Assembly: GCA_947378785.1 (NCBI GenBank) | Contig: CANCLK010000002.1 | Span: forward strand, 6,295 to 70,294 | Direction: 5' to 3' | Source: Comamonadaceae bacterium | GTDB taxonomy: Bacteria; Pseudomonadota; Gammaproteobacteria; Burkholderiales; Burkholderiaceae_C | DNA length: 64,000 nucleotides | Shown: positions 1 through 9,828 of the stretch, one piece after another | Numbering within the stretch: the first letter of the stretch is position 1 | Layout of the letters: every line of letters begins with the position of its first letter | Notes under the pieces: model-generated | What the model was told of the DNA's origin: nothing | Seen by the model: only the letters and a program-made list of their open reading frames with translations | The model's database searches: none | Translations under genes and position numbers: made by a program

Positions 1-926
1 TCGGCTCGGTCAGCGGCGTGATGGCGCAAGACTATCCCAGCAAGCCGATTCGCTTGGTCGTGCCCTTTGCGCCAGCCGGTGCCACGGACATATTGGGACG
101 GATCCTTGCGGAGCGACTGGGGGCGGTGTATGGTCAAAATATCGTGCTGGACAACAAGCCCGGGGCCAGCGGACATGTGGGCGCACAGATCGTGGCCAAG
201 GCGCCGGGTGATGGCTACACGCTGCTGATCGGCACCATTGGCATTCACGCGGCCTACACCAGCTATCGAAAATTGGCCTACAACCCGGGGACGGAGTTGC
301 AGCCTGTCATCGTGATCGGTGAAGCACCCAACCTGGTGCTGGTGCCGGCTAGCTCACCCTACAAATCCTTCGCTGATTTTTTAGCAGATGCGAAGGCGCA
401 TCCAGGCCAGGTCAACTACGCATCGGCAGGTGCCGGGTCTTCCGTGCACATGGTCACCGCGCTGTTCGAGTTGGCCAGCGGCACGCGGCTGAATCACATT
501 CCGTACAAAGGTAGCGGCCCAGCCTTGATCGACCTGATAGGCGGTCAGGTGCAAGTGATGTTTGACAACATGTCGTCCGGTATGCCGCACGTACAAAGCG
601 GCAAGCTGCGTGCCTTGGCCGTCACCGGTGCCAAGCGCGATCCGCGTTTCCCTGAGGTGCCGACCATCGCCGAGGCCGGGGTACCGGGTTACAGCGGAAC
701 CTCGTGGTTCACGCTGGCCGCACCCGCCAGCGTGTCGGCGGCGTTGGTGAACAAGCTCAACAAAGACGTTCAGCGTGTGCTCGCTTTGCCCGATGTGATG
801 GCGCGATACGACAAGCTCGGCATCAACTATCAGCCCAATACGCCCGAGCAAGCCGCCGCATTTTTCAAAATCGAAACGACCAAATGGAATCGTGTGATCC
901 AAGCGGCCAATCTGCAACTCGACTAA
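1..926 (+). CDS. Bug/TctC family tripartite tricarboxylate transporter substrate-binding protein (5' end outside window)
   Basis: YPSKPIRLVVPFAPAGATD, NKPGASG and HIPYKGSGPA motifs; frame is open to the window start. Confidence 0.93.
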   Translation, partial: GSVSGVMAQDYPSKPIRLVVPFAPAGATDILGRILAERLGAVYGQNIVLDNKPGASGHVGAQIVAKAPGDGYTLLIGTIGIHAAYTSYRKLAYNPGTELQPVIVIGEAPNLVLVPASSPYKSFADFLADAKAHPGQVNYASAGAGSSVHMVTALFELASGTRLNHIPYKGSGPALIDLIGGQVQVMFDNMSSGMPHVQSGKLRALAVTGAKRDPRFPEVPTIAEAGVPGYSGTSWFTLAAPASVSAALVNKLNKDVQRVLALPDVMARYDKLGINYQPNTPEQAAAFFKIETTKWNRVIQAANLQLD

Positions 927-935
927 GGGGACATC

Positions 936-1907
936 ATGGTTAAAGACTTTGGTAAATTGCTTTTGGCATGGGGTCTTGTGGCTGCTGCATCCCTCGCGGT
1001 TGCGCAGGATTCTTACCCTTCAAAGCCCATCAAGTTGATCGTGCCGTACGCGGCCGGCGGACCCGCAGATCTGCTGGCCCGCACGGTTGCTGAACGACTT
1101 GGCCCTCGTTTGGGTCAGCCCGTGTTGATCGAAAACAAGACCGGCGCTGGCGGCCATCTTGGCGGTGAGTTGGTGGCCAAGGGTGCGGTGGACGGCTACA
1201 CCCTGATGCTGGGCACCATTGCGCACAACGGGGCCGTCAAGTTGTACAGTAATTTGCGTTATGACCCGCTCAAAGATCTTCAGCCGGTTGCCTTGATTGC
1301 AGAGAGTCCAAGTGTGCTGATCGTCAATCAGAAGTCCCCCATCAAGTCGGTGGCAGAACTCCTGGTCACGCTGCGCAGCCAACCCGGAAAAATGAGCTAT
1401 GGGTCTGCGGGGAATGGGTCAGCCATGCACATGGCGGCTGAACTGTTTCGCTACATGGCGAAGGTGGACTATGTGCATGTCCCGTATCGAGGTGGCGCTC
1501 CCGCCATGGCCGATTTGCTCGGAGGCCAAGTTGACATGCTGTTTGAAAGTCTCGGAACGGCCCACCCCCACCTGAAGAGCGGTAAGGTTCGCGCGCTGGC
1601 GGTGACGGGAACAGCCCGCAACGCCAGCTTGCCAGATGTGCCCACCTTGGACGAAGCCGGCGTACCCGGCTACTCCTCTGTACCTTGGTACACCATCTCG
1701 GCAGCACGTGGTGTGCCGCCGGCGATTGTCAGCAAGCTCAATACTGAAATCAACGCCGTGCTGAAGACGCCAGAGCTGGTTCAGCGCTGGGATGCATTGG
1801 GTATTCAGCCGCTGGGCGGAAGCGTGGCAGATGCCTTGCGACGGAATCAGATGGAAACGGAGAAATGGACGGCCGTGATCACCTCTGCGAACCTTAAAGC
1901 GGAGTGA
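936..1907 (+). CDS. Bug/TctC family substrate-binding protein
   Basis: Signal peptide, YPSKPIKLIVPYAAGG, HVPYRGGAPA. Confidence 0.95.
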   Translation: MVKDFGKLLLAWGLVAAASLAVAQDSYPSKPIKLIVPYAAGGPADLLARTVAERLGPRLGQPVLIENKTGAGGHLGGELVAKGAVDGYTLMLGTIAHNGAVKLYSNLRYDPLKDLQPVALIAESPSVLIVNQKSPIKSVAELLVTLRSQPGKMSYGSAGNGSAMHMAAELFRYMAKVDYVHVPYRGGAPAMADLLGGQVDMLFESLGTAHPHLKSGKVRALAVTGTARNASLPDVPTLDEAGVPGYSSVPWYTISAARGVPPAIVSKLNTEINAVLKTPELVQRWDALGIQPLGGSVADALRRNQMETEKWTAVITSANLKAE

Positions 1908-1921
1908 TGGTCGCGGGCGGC

Positions 1922-3145
1922 TCAGTTCAGCGGACCCAAAAAAACTTCCCCCGCGAAGCTATCGCTGAGCGGACTGAGGGTGGTCGGCCATTGCGTTGGG
2001 TCAGCATCCCATGACCTGCGCAAATTGGCGGGGCGCGGCTTGCCATCCCAGCCGATTTGCTCCATTTCCCAAAAGAGCTGTACCAGATAGCCGTCTGGAT
2101 CAGTGAGCCACACGTGGTGGCCCATGCCCGGAAACAACGCTTGGGGCAGTTCTGTAAAGTGCAGACCCGCTTGCCCGAGGAAGGCCACGGCATCGCGCAG
2201 TTGGGCGTAGCTTCCGAGCTGCACGCCAAAACCAAACAGACTGGAGTTGTCGGCTAGACCTAAAACGCTGCGCAGCGCGACAGGGTAGATGGCCAACGAA
2301 TGGTGCTCGGTGTTGGCGCGAAGGAAAACGCAACGGTGGCCCTCGTAGATGACTTCTTCGGTCAGGCTCAGCCCCAGCGTTCTTTGGTAAAAATCCAAAG
2401 CCTCGTTGACATCTTTCACAAAGATCCGAACGGGCCCGATTTTGGTGATTTTGAATGGCCGCGCCAACAAGACGCCGCCGACGTCGAAAGTCTCAGGCTG
2501 CGGTGTTTTTCGGCGGTAGCCGCCATCCAGGGGCAAGCCTTGTTGCAAGGCTGCATTGACTTCAGCAAATTCAGACCGGTGTGGCAGTTCTGGCGGTTGC
2601 ATGTAGCGGATGCCGTGCATGGCGAGGGGTTTTGAAATGCCGGCCCATCCGATTTGCTCAATGCCGTAATAAAGCTCATTCACATGACCGTCAGGATCCG
2701 CTGGGTAAATATGCCAGTTGGAGCCCGGTGTATCGCGGCCAGACCGCAAAATTTTCAAGCCCTGCTCGCTGAACCATTTGAAACCATCGACCACTTCACG
2801 CAAGGAGGAAACCTGCCAGGTGATCTGGTTGACCATGAGTTCTGGATAGGAACCGTAGTGTGGGTTACTGGCCTCTACAGCGCGCTTGGGGAAAAGTACA
2901 AAGGAATGGTGGTCCGTGCCGTGGCGGGTGAAAACACCACGCGTTGCGCCTACCTGTGCTTTGAGTGCTTCAGGAACACGTGGACCAAAGTCGAGTTCAT
3001 CTGAGAGTTCAAATCCAAGCAAGCGGCTGTAAAAATCCAGTGCCACGTCGACCGATGCAACGTTGATTCCAAAGTGCCCCAGCCTGCGAATCTGAAAGGG
3101 TCTCGTCAGGGAAACGCCTTCAACGCAGTGTAAATTTTGTGGCAT
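1922..3145 (-). CDS. Duplicated VOC (glyoxalase/extradiol dioxygenase-like) protein
   Basis: Two homologous halves: RLGHFGINV..HHSF..DPDGH and KIGPVRIFV..HHSL..DPDGY. Confidence 0.85.
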   Translation of the reverse strand: MPQNLHCVEGVSLTRPFQIRRLGHFGINVASVDVALDFYSRLLGFELSDELDFGPRVPEALKAQVGATRGVFTRHGTDHHSFVLFPKRAVEASNPHYGSYPELMVNQITWQVSSLREVVDGFKWFSEQGLKILRSGRDTPGSNWHIYPADPDGHVNELYYGIEQIGWAGISKPLAMHGIRYMQPPELPHRSEFAEVNAALQQGLPLDGGYRRKTPQPETFDVGGVLLARPFKITKIGPVRIFVKDVNEALDFYQRTLGLSLTEEVIYEGHRCVFLRANTEHHSLAIYPVALRSVLGLADNSSLFGFGVQLGSYAQLRDAVAFLGQAGLHFTELPQALFPGMGHHVWLTDPDGYLVQLFWEMEQIGWDGKPRPANLRRSWDADPTQWPTTLSPLSDSFAGEVFLGPLN

Positions 3146-3188
3146 GAATCAAGGGCTCCACGTGAACGCAGTTATGTCAACAGCCGGT

Positions 3189-4070
3189 TCACTTCGTTGA
3201 GGATTCAGACAGCGGGAAATATTTTCCCAACCAGTTCGACAGTACACCTTGCACGATGGGATTGTTCTCGGCGAGCATGAAGTGATCGACTTCCGCAAAC
3301 AAATGCAAATCGGTGGGCTGACCGGCCAACTGAAACATGTCAATCGACTGTTCGGTGGGTGTGACTGTGTCATTGGCCGGGTGCATCAGCAGCAGGGGCC
3401 TGGGTGCAATGTTGGCGACAACGTCGTTGGCGCGAAAGGTATACATGCTTTCCACGACATCGAATGGGAAGGACATCACCGCGCCGTCTGCGAGATGGTT
3501 CCGCATGCCGGGTCGAATGGGGACGATGTCAAAGCGCGGAACATCGATAGAGATGCCTCGCTTGAGCTCGGCGCGTCCGCGCTGAAGCATGTCTGAGAAT
3601 TTTTTCCACGCCTCTGGCGAAGCATGCTGTTTTTGAAATTTCTTTTCGCCATTTCCCCAGCCGCCGGCCGACACACATGCGGCGATACGGTCGTCAACAC
3701 CTGCGGTGTAGACCGCCACGGCAGCGCCAAAACTAAATCCCAAGACGCCAATTTTTGTCTTCGAAACTTCCGCGCACGTTTCCAGAAATGAAATGGCATT
3801 TCGCGTGTCTTGAACCTGCTCGAGGCAGATCACTCGGCCGGGCGTGCCTTGGCTGTTGCCGCAACCGCGCATGTCGAAGCGCAGCACCACATAGCCCATG
3901 TCCTCGAGGATGGCGGCCACCGCTGGCGGAACGCCCCCATTTTTGGTGCCGCCAAAACCGTGCAATACCGCAATGGTTGGCCTGCGCTCGCCGGGTTTCA
4001 TATCGTCAGGCGTGTGCAGAACGCCAGCGAGTTTCAGGCCATCCGAATCAAAAAATACGTCTCTTTGCAT
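3189..4070 (-). CDS. Alpha/beta-fold serine hydrolase
   Basis: HGFGG oxyanion loop, GFSFG nucleophile elbow, D in NDTVT, H in VDHF. Confidence 0.88.
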   Translation of the reverse strand: MQRDVFFDSDGLKLAGVLHTPDDMKPGERRPTIAVLHGFGGTKNGGVPPAVAAILEDMGYVVLRFDMRGCGNSQGTPGRVICLEQVQDTRNAISFLETCAEVSKTKIGVLGFSFGAAVAVYTAGVDDRIAACVSAGGWGNGEKKFQKQHASPEAWKKFSDMLQRGRAELKRGISIDVPRFDIVPIRPGMRNHLADGAVMSFPFDVVESMYTFRANDVVANIAPRPLLLMHPANDTVTPTEQSIDMFQLAGQPTDLHLFAEVDHFMLAENNPIVQGVLSNWLGKYFPLSESSTK

Positions 4071-4166
4071 CGTCGCTCCAGCCCTTGGGGATTAGGGATT
4101 TTTCTAGTCACAGAATGTCGCGAATGTTATACGATAAAAAATTAAGTTAAATCCTTTGGAGCGTTC

Positions 4167-5102
4167 ATGACAGCCCGCCATCAGTTCAAGCCGCATGGTG
4201 TTATTCCAGCGGTGCTACTTCCGTTTAACGACGACTTGTCAATTGATGAGGCCAGCTACCGTTCCCATTTGCGTGATGTCACCAGCGTCAGCGGCATCAG
4301 TGCCATCACCACCAATGCCCATTCAACTGAAGTGGCATCGTGCACGTTTGAGGAACAAAAGCGTGTGCTTGCCATCACGCAAGATGAGATTGGCGAGCGT
4401 TTACCCATCGTCAATGGCATTTATGCGGATGGCAGCATGGAGGCGCAACGGCTGGCCAAGATGGCGGATGAAGGCGGTGCCTCCGCTTTGTTGGTATTCC
4501 CTCCGGCTATTTACACCTTTGGCCAGCGGCCTGAAATGGCGATTGAGCATTTCAAACGCATCGCCGACGTGACCGACTTGCCACTCATCGCTTTTCAATA
4601 TGCGCCCAGTGGTGGTCAGGGCTACCCCCTGCCAACCCTCATCAAGATGGTCGAGGCGGTACCCACCTTGGTGGCGATCAAAGACTGGTGCGGAAACGCC
4701 CAGTTGGCCGACCGCCAGATTCGCGCACTGCAGAGCCGAAAGTCAGCTGTGAACGTCTTGAGCACGCACAGCGCTTGGCTGTTCAGCTCCCTGGTACTCG
4801 GGTGCAATGGCTTGTTGTCTGGCAGCGGCTCAGTCATCGCTGACTTGCAGGCTCAACTTTTCCAAGCAGTGCAGGCCAAGGACTTGGCCTTGGCCCAGCA
4901 GATTCATGAGCGCATTTATCACACGGCAGAGGTTTTTTATGCGGAGCCGTTTGTGGACATGCACAACCGCATGAAAGAGGCGCTGGTGTTACTTGGCAAA
5001 CTTCCGCGTGCCGTGGTGCGGCCCCCATTGGTCAAAATTCAGGCGCCCGAAATCGAACGGATCCGCCAAGCCCTGGTGGCGGCGGGTCTCCTCACGGCTT
5101 AG
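4167..5102 (+). CDS. DHDPS/N-acetylneuraminate lyase family protein (atypical active site)
   Basis: GVIPAVLLPF..ID start, Schiff-base Lys in AIKD, KEAL..G..VRPPL end. Confidence 0.88.
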   Translation: MTARHQFKPHGVIPAVLLPFNDDLSIDEASYRSHLRDVTSVSGISAITTNAHSTEVASCTFEEQKRVLAITQDEIGERLPIVNGIYADGSMEAQRLAKMADEGGASALLVFPPAIYTFGQRPEMAIEHFKRIADVTDLPLIAFQYAPSGGQGYPLPTLIKMVEAVPTLVAIKDWCGNAQLADRQIRALQSRKSAVNVLSTHSAWLFSSLVLGCNGLLSGSGSVIADLQAQLFQAVQAKDLALAQQIHERIYHTAEVFYAEPFVDMHNRMKEALVLLGKLPRAVVRPPLVKIQAPEIERIRQALVAAGLLTA

Positions 5103-5123
5103 ACTTTTCACAAGGGCAAGATC

Positions 5124-6080
5124 ATGATTCGTTTACTGATGACGTTATGCATCGCCATGAACCTTGGCACGGCAGCTGCACAAACCTACCCCAGCAAACC
5201 GATTCGTCTGGTCGTGGGTTATGGACCGGGCGGTGTCGCCGACATCACGGCCAGGCTGGTGGCGCAAAAGTTAACAGAGTCCATGGGACAGCCCGTGATT
5301 GTGGAAAACCGGCCCAGCGCGGGCGGCATCATGGCGGGCGACTTGGTGGCCAAGGCTGACCCTGACGGCTACACCTTGCTGCACCTGAACTCCGGCAACG
5401 CGATCAGTGCGGCGTCGTTTCGGAAGCTGCCGTTTGACGTGAAGAAAGACTTTGAGTCGATTGCCAACATGGGTGCGGTCGACTTCGTCGTGCTGGTGGA
5501 CAAAAGTTCCGACATCAAGACCATGGCCGATTTCATGGCCAAGGCTCGAGCCAATCCGGGCAAGACCAACATTGGCACCGTCAGCATCGGCAGTGGGCAG
5601 CACATGGCGGCCACTTTGTTCAAGAGCATCACTGGCGTGGATGCGCCTGTCGTGCCTTACAAGGCAACACCGGCGCTTTTCGCGGCCCTCAAGGGCAAAG
5701 ACATTGACGTTGTTTTTGAGGTGGTCTCGCCAGCACTGAGCCTGATTCGGGGCGGTGAACTGCGCGCCATTGCCGTGTCGTCTGGAAAGCGCTTTGTGGG
5801 TTTGCCGGACGTGCCCACCATGATGGAGAGTGGCGTCAAAGATTTCGACGTCAATGCTTGGAACGGCTTGGCTGCACCGGCCAAAACGCCCAAAGCCATC
5901 ATCGACAGACTGAACAAAGAGGTGAACGCTGTACTGGCCTTGCCTGATGTTCAAAAACGTTTCCAGGACTTGGGCATCGACCCGCGTGGCGGAACACCTG
6001 CGGAGCTACGCAACAAGCTTTTCAGCGAGGTCGATAAATGGACGAGCCTCGTGAGCACCATGAACATGGAGCGTCAGTAG
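5124..6080 (+). CDS. Bug/TctC family substrate-binding protein
   Basis: Signal peptide, YPSKPIRLVVGYGPGG, ENRPSAGG, VPYK. Confidence 0.95.
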   Translation: MIRLLMTLCIAMNLGTAAAQTYPSKPIRLVVGYGPGGVADITARLVAQKLTESMGQPVIVENRPSAGGIMAGDLVAKADPDGYTLLHLNSGNAISAASFRKLPFDVKKDFESIANMGAVDFVVLVDKSSDIKTMADFMAKARANPGKTNIGTVSIGSGQHMAATLFKSITGVDAPVVPYKATPALFAALKGKDIDVVFEVVSPALSLIRGGELRAIAVSSGKRFVGLPDVPTMMESGVKDFDVNAWNGLAAPAKTPKAIIDRLNKEVNAVLALPDVQKRFQDLGIDPRGGTPAELRNKLFSEVDKWTSLVSTMNMERQ

Positions 6081-6122
6081 GCTTCTGGGGTTTTATTGAG
6101 TCATATTTTTACTGGAATTTCG

Positions 6123-7100
6123 ATGAGATTGAATTTAAAAAGAGTCTTCACAAGCGCACTCATGCTGGTGACATTAACAGCGGTTCTGCCTGCGCCAGCC
6201 TGGGCGCAAACCTATCCATCAAGGGTCATCACACTGGTCTGTCCTTTTGCGCCCGGCGGCTCGGCCGACATCATGGCTCGCCTGATCGGGCAAAAGCTGA
6301 GCGAGGGATTGAACGTCCCGGTGGTGGTCGAGAACAAGCCTGGTGCTGGCGGCATGGTGGGTGCTGCATTGGTGGCCAAAGCCAAGCCGGACGGCTACAC
6401 CTTGCTGCTGGTGACGGGCGCTTATCCGGCCGCGGCCGCCTTGGCCAAGATGCCTCAGTTTGACTACGTCAAAGACCTCGCCATGGTGTCGATGGTCACG
6501 TCTTACCCCTTTATCGTGAATGTCCCCGCCAATGCGCCGTTCAAGACTTTTGCGGAGCTGTTGACGTACGCCAAGAACAACCAGGGGAAGCTGAATTACG
6601 CCACCTCAGGCATCGGCTCCATCAGCCACCTTTCGGCGGAATTGATGAACGTCATGGGTGGCATTGAGACGGTTCACATCCCCACCAAAGGCGGCACAAG
6701 TGCCTTGAGCGAGTTACTCGGAGGGCGAGTTGATCTGATCTTCGAAGCCCCCACTTTGTCCCTCCCGCTGATCAAGAGCGGAAAGTTACGTGCCTTGGCC
6801 TCAACCGGCCACGAGCGCTACAAAGCCATGCCAGAACTGCCCACGGTCGCGGAGAGTCTGCCGGGTTACGAGGTCTACTCATTCATCGGTCTGGCCGCCA
6901 CGGGTGGAACGCCGGAGTCGATCGTCAATGCGTTGAACAGCGAGGTTCGAAAAATGGTCAGCAACCCAGATGTTTCACGTCGCTTGCGCGAACTCGGCGG
7001 AGAGCCGCAAGTCAATTCAGCTGCGGAGATGAATACCTATGTGTCCAACGAGCTGAAAAAATGGCGTCAAGTGATCGACGGCCGGAAGATTGAACGTTAA
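6123..7100 (+). CDS. Bug/TctC family substrate-binding protein
   Basis: AWAQTYPSRVITLVCPFAPGGSAD, ENKPGAGG; ATG at 6123 preferred to TTG at 6096. Confidence 0.93.
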   Translation: MRLNLKRVFTSALMLVTLTAVLPAPAWAQTYPSRVITLVCPFAPGGSADIMARLIGQKLSEGLNVPVVVENKPGAGGMVGAALVAKAKPDGYTLLLVTGAYPAAAALAKMPQFDYVKDLAMVSMVTSYPFIVNVPANAPFKTFAELLTYAKNNQGKLNYATSGIGSISHLSAELMNVMGGIETVHIPTKGGTSALSELLGGRVDLIFEAPTLSLPLIKSGKLRALASTGHERYKAMPELPTVAESLPGYEVYSFIGLAATGGTPESIVNALNSEVRKMVSNPDVSRRLRELGGEPQVNSAAEMNTYVSNELKKWRQVIDGRKIER

Positions 7101-8143
7101 TGACCTCCACCATCGTTGTCTCCGAGGGACTGCTCAAACGCTATACCGCCAAGATTTTTGAGCATGCCGGTTTGTCGGCTGACCATGCGGCGGTTGTCGC
7201 AGATGCCTTGGTCTGGGCCGACTTGCGTGGCGTCGACTCGCATGGCGTTAGCCGTGTTGGCTTCTATTTGAACTTCATTCAAAAGGGCGTCATTAACAAG
7301 GCGCCGAATCTGCGTGTCACCCACGACACGGTGGCCGTGCAAATCATGGATGCCGATGCCAGCGCGGGCGCCGTGGCCATGGGCCAAGCTGTCGAACGTG
7401 CGGTTGAGAAAGCCCGTGCGGTCGGCTTGGGCTTGGTACTGGTGCGGGCGACGACGCACACCGGCGCGCTCGGTTACTACACCCAACAGCTGGCACAGCA
7501 GGGCATGATCGGCATCGCTTATTCCGCCTCCATTCCCATGATGGCCTACCACGGGACACGCGTGGCTGGCGTGTCTACGGCACCCTTATCTATTGCGGCA
7601 CCAGGGGCGCTGAACGAGCCCATCGTTTTGGACATGGCCTCAAGCATCGTCTCCATGGGGCAGCTCAATCAAGCGAAGCTACTCAACAAAGTTTTGGCTG
7701 AAGGTCTCGCGCTCGACGCCAAGGGCAACCCGACGACTGATCCTCAACAAGCGGCTATTCCCTTGCCTTTTGCCGGGCCCAAAGGTTCGGGCCTAGCGCT
7801 GATGTTCGAACTCATCACCAGCCTGCTGGTGATGAATCCTTTGGTGTCAGAATTTTTTTCGGGTAAACCGGGCGGACGAAAACATCAGCAAAATGCCTGC
7901 ATCATTGCAATCGACGCCTTCAGGTTCTGCCCGGAAGAGACGTTCCGTAGCGAGGTCGCGCGCACGGTGGCCACGCTGAAGAACTTGCCGGCACGCGAAG
8001 AAAACGGCGACATCTTGATGCCGGGGGAGCGCGGTCATCGCACGGCCACAGACCGTCGCCAGAATGGCATACCGCTCTCTGCTGAGGTCGCTCAAGAGCT
8101 GGCTGATTTTGGCCAAGCGGCGGGACTCCAGAAGCCCTGGTGA
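7100..8143 (+). CDS. Ldh_2 family (type 2 malate/L-lactate/ureidoglycolate-like) oxidoreductase
   Basis: ADLRGVDSHG, HTGALGYY, LDMASS, GPKGSGLA, MPGE; TAATG coupling to the upstream gene. Confidence 0.92.
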   Translation: MTSTIVVSEGLLKRYTAKIFEHAGLSADHAAVVADALVWADLRGVDSHGVSRVGFYLNFIQKGVINKAPNLRVTHDTVAVQIMDADASAGAVAMGQAVERAVEKARAVGLGLVLVRATTHTGALGYYTQQLAQQGMIGIAYSASIPMMAYHGTRVAGVSTAPLSIAAPGALNEPIVLDMASSIVSMGQLNQAKLLNKVLAEGLALDAKGNPTTDPQQAAIPLPFAGPKGSGLALMFELITSLLVMNPLVSEFFSGKPGGRKHQQNACIIAIDAFRFCPEETFRSEVARTVATLKNLPAREENGDILMPGERGHRTATDRRQNGIPLSAEVAQELADFGQAAGLQKPW

Positions 8144-8169
8144 GTGCGGCGTCTAGAGTCGCGTGAAAC

Positions 8170-8598
8170 TCAGCTTGTCTTAAAGCCTGCGGCCAACACG
8201 CCGTGGGCGCAAATAGCTTCATCTTCATCGCCTGTGCCACCGCTGGCGCCGACTGCGCCAAGGATGGTGCCGTCTGCATTTTTGATCAGCACGGCACCCG
8301 GTTGAGGCAAAAACTTTCCGCCTGATGTGGAGGCCAGCGACAAAAAGAAGTTGGGGTTGTCTTTGGCGCGCTCGCTGAGGCCGCGGCTGGAAATGCCCAT
8401 ACCGACAGCACCCCATGCTTTGCCTGTGGCAACGTCGACGCGGAACATGCTGGCGCCGTCTTCGCGCTGCGTTGCTTTCACGTGGCCGGCGTCATCCAAC
8501 ACCACCACAGCCATGGGCTTGTAGCCCATTTTTTGGGAGTGCTCTAGGGCCGCATCAATCATCTTATTGGCCTGTGCCAGGGTGAGTTGTGTCATCAA
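8170..8598 (-). CDS. GlcG/HbpS family heme-binding protein
   Basis: AVVVLDDAGH..REDGA, GAVGASGGTGDEDE. Confidence 0.9.
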   Translation of the reverse strand: MMTQLTLAQANKMIDAALEHSQKMGYKPMAVVVLDDAGHVKATQREDGASMFRVDVATGKAWGAVGMGISSRGLSERAKDNPNFFLSLASTSGGKFLPQPGAVLIKNADGTILGAVGASGGTGDEDEAICAHGVLAAGFKTS

Positions 8599-8837
8599 AG
8601 TCTTTCTTGTTAAAGGGAGGGCGTGGGTATATTTTATTCAGCGGCAAGCGAGTCTCAACAGTGTAATGAAACCGACCTGTGGTGATGTGCGCAACATGCC
8701 ATTCAATCACTTGACCCGTGTGCTCGGTTAAGAAGAGTATTCTTACGCCGGTATTTTGGGCTGTCGTTAAGTCAGTCAAGTGCAAAGCGGATCGAGTATT
8801 GAGCACGTCGCGAACAACTAACAAAAAGGATCAGGGA

Positions 8838-9752
8838 ATGAGCAAGCCAGTCATTGGGGTTGTGGGTCTGGGCATCATGGGCAGTGCGATGGCCGCAGAG
8901 CTCATCAAGTGTGGTTATCCGGTTGTCGGTTACGACGTCTCAGCACCCGCTTGCAAGCGGCTCAAAGCCGGCGGCGGCAAGGCACTCGCATCTGCGACGG
9001 CTGTGGCCGATGCCTCGGCCATCGTCATCGTGTCGTTGTCGACTTCATTCGCACTGGCAGAGACGGTCAAAAAGCTCGCTGCAGCCAAGCCGCGCGCCAA
9101 GGGCGAGGGCTTGTTGGTGGTGGAGACCAGTACACTGCCTATTGACGACAAAGAGCAGGTTCTCAAGGCGCTGCGCCGCGTCGGTATCTCGGTGCTGGAC
9201 TGTCCTATCAGCGGCACGGCGGTGCGCATGAAGGAGCGCGCTTGGACCGTTTTTTGCAGTGGCAGCAAGGCGGCTTTTAAGCGCGTTGAGTCAGTGCTCA
9301 AAGTGTTCACCGACAACGTGCCGTATGTAGGTGCGTATGGCAACGGCACCAAGATGAAATTTGCAGCGAATCATCTGGTCGCCATCTACAACGTTGCTTG
9401 CGCTGAGTCGGTGACGCTGGCACGCAAGATGGGGCTTGATCCGCAAGATGTACTGAACCTGTTTGGCAGCAGTCCCGTCATCGGCACGGGGGTCATGCGT
9501 CTGCGCATGCCGTTCATGATTCGCAGCGAGTATTCGCCGCCGACCATGAAAGTTGAAGTCTGGCAAAAAGACATGCAGGTCATCGGCGACATGGCCAAGT
9601 CTGTGGATTGCCCAACGCCCTTGTTCAGTGCTTGCGTGCCGATTTACAGCGCCGCCATGGCCCAAGGTTTGAGCCAGCAAGACACGGCCTCGGTGAGCGA
9701 AGTGCTCGCCAATATGGCTGGCATCGCGCCCAAAGCAAAGGGTAAACGCTGA
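8838..9752 (+). CDS. NAD(P)-dependent beta-hydroxyacid dehydrogenase (3-hydroxyisobutyrate/tartronate semialdehyde reductase family)
   Basis: GLGIMG, DCPISG, KFAAN, KD motifs; AAGGA RBS before ATG 8838. Confidence 0.9.
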   Translation: MSKPVIGVVGLGIMGSAMAAELIKCGYPVVGYDVSAPACKRLKAGGGKALASATAVADASAIVIVSLSTSFALAETVKKLAAAKPRAKGEGLLVVETSTLPIDDKEQVLKALRRVGISVLDCPISGTAVRMKERAWTVFCSGSKAAFKRVESVLKVFTDNVPYVGAYGNGTKMKFAANHLVAIYNVACAESVTLARKMGLDPQDVLNLFGSSPVIGTGVMRLRMPFMIRSEYSPPTMKVEVWQKDMQVIGDMAKSVDCPTPLFSACVPIYSAAMAQGLSQQDTASVSEVLANMAGIAPKAKGKR

Positions 9753-9828
9753 GGCGTTGAAACCTCATTGGCGCTGCATGCCGTCTTAAAATTTGCGCTT
9801 GTCTCTGACTCAACCTGAAGGTCTGACC

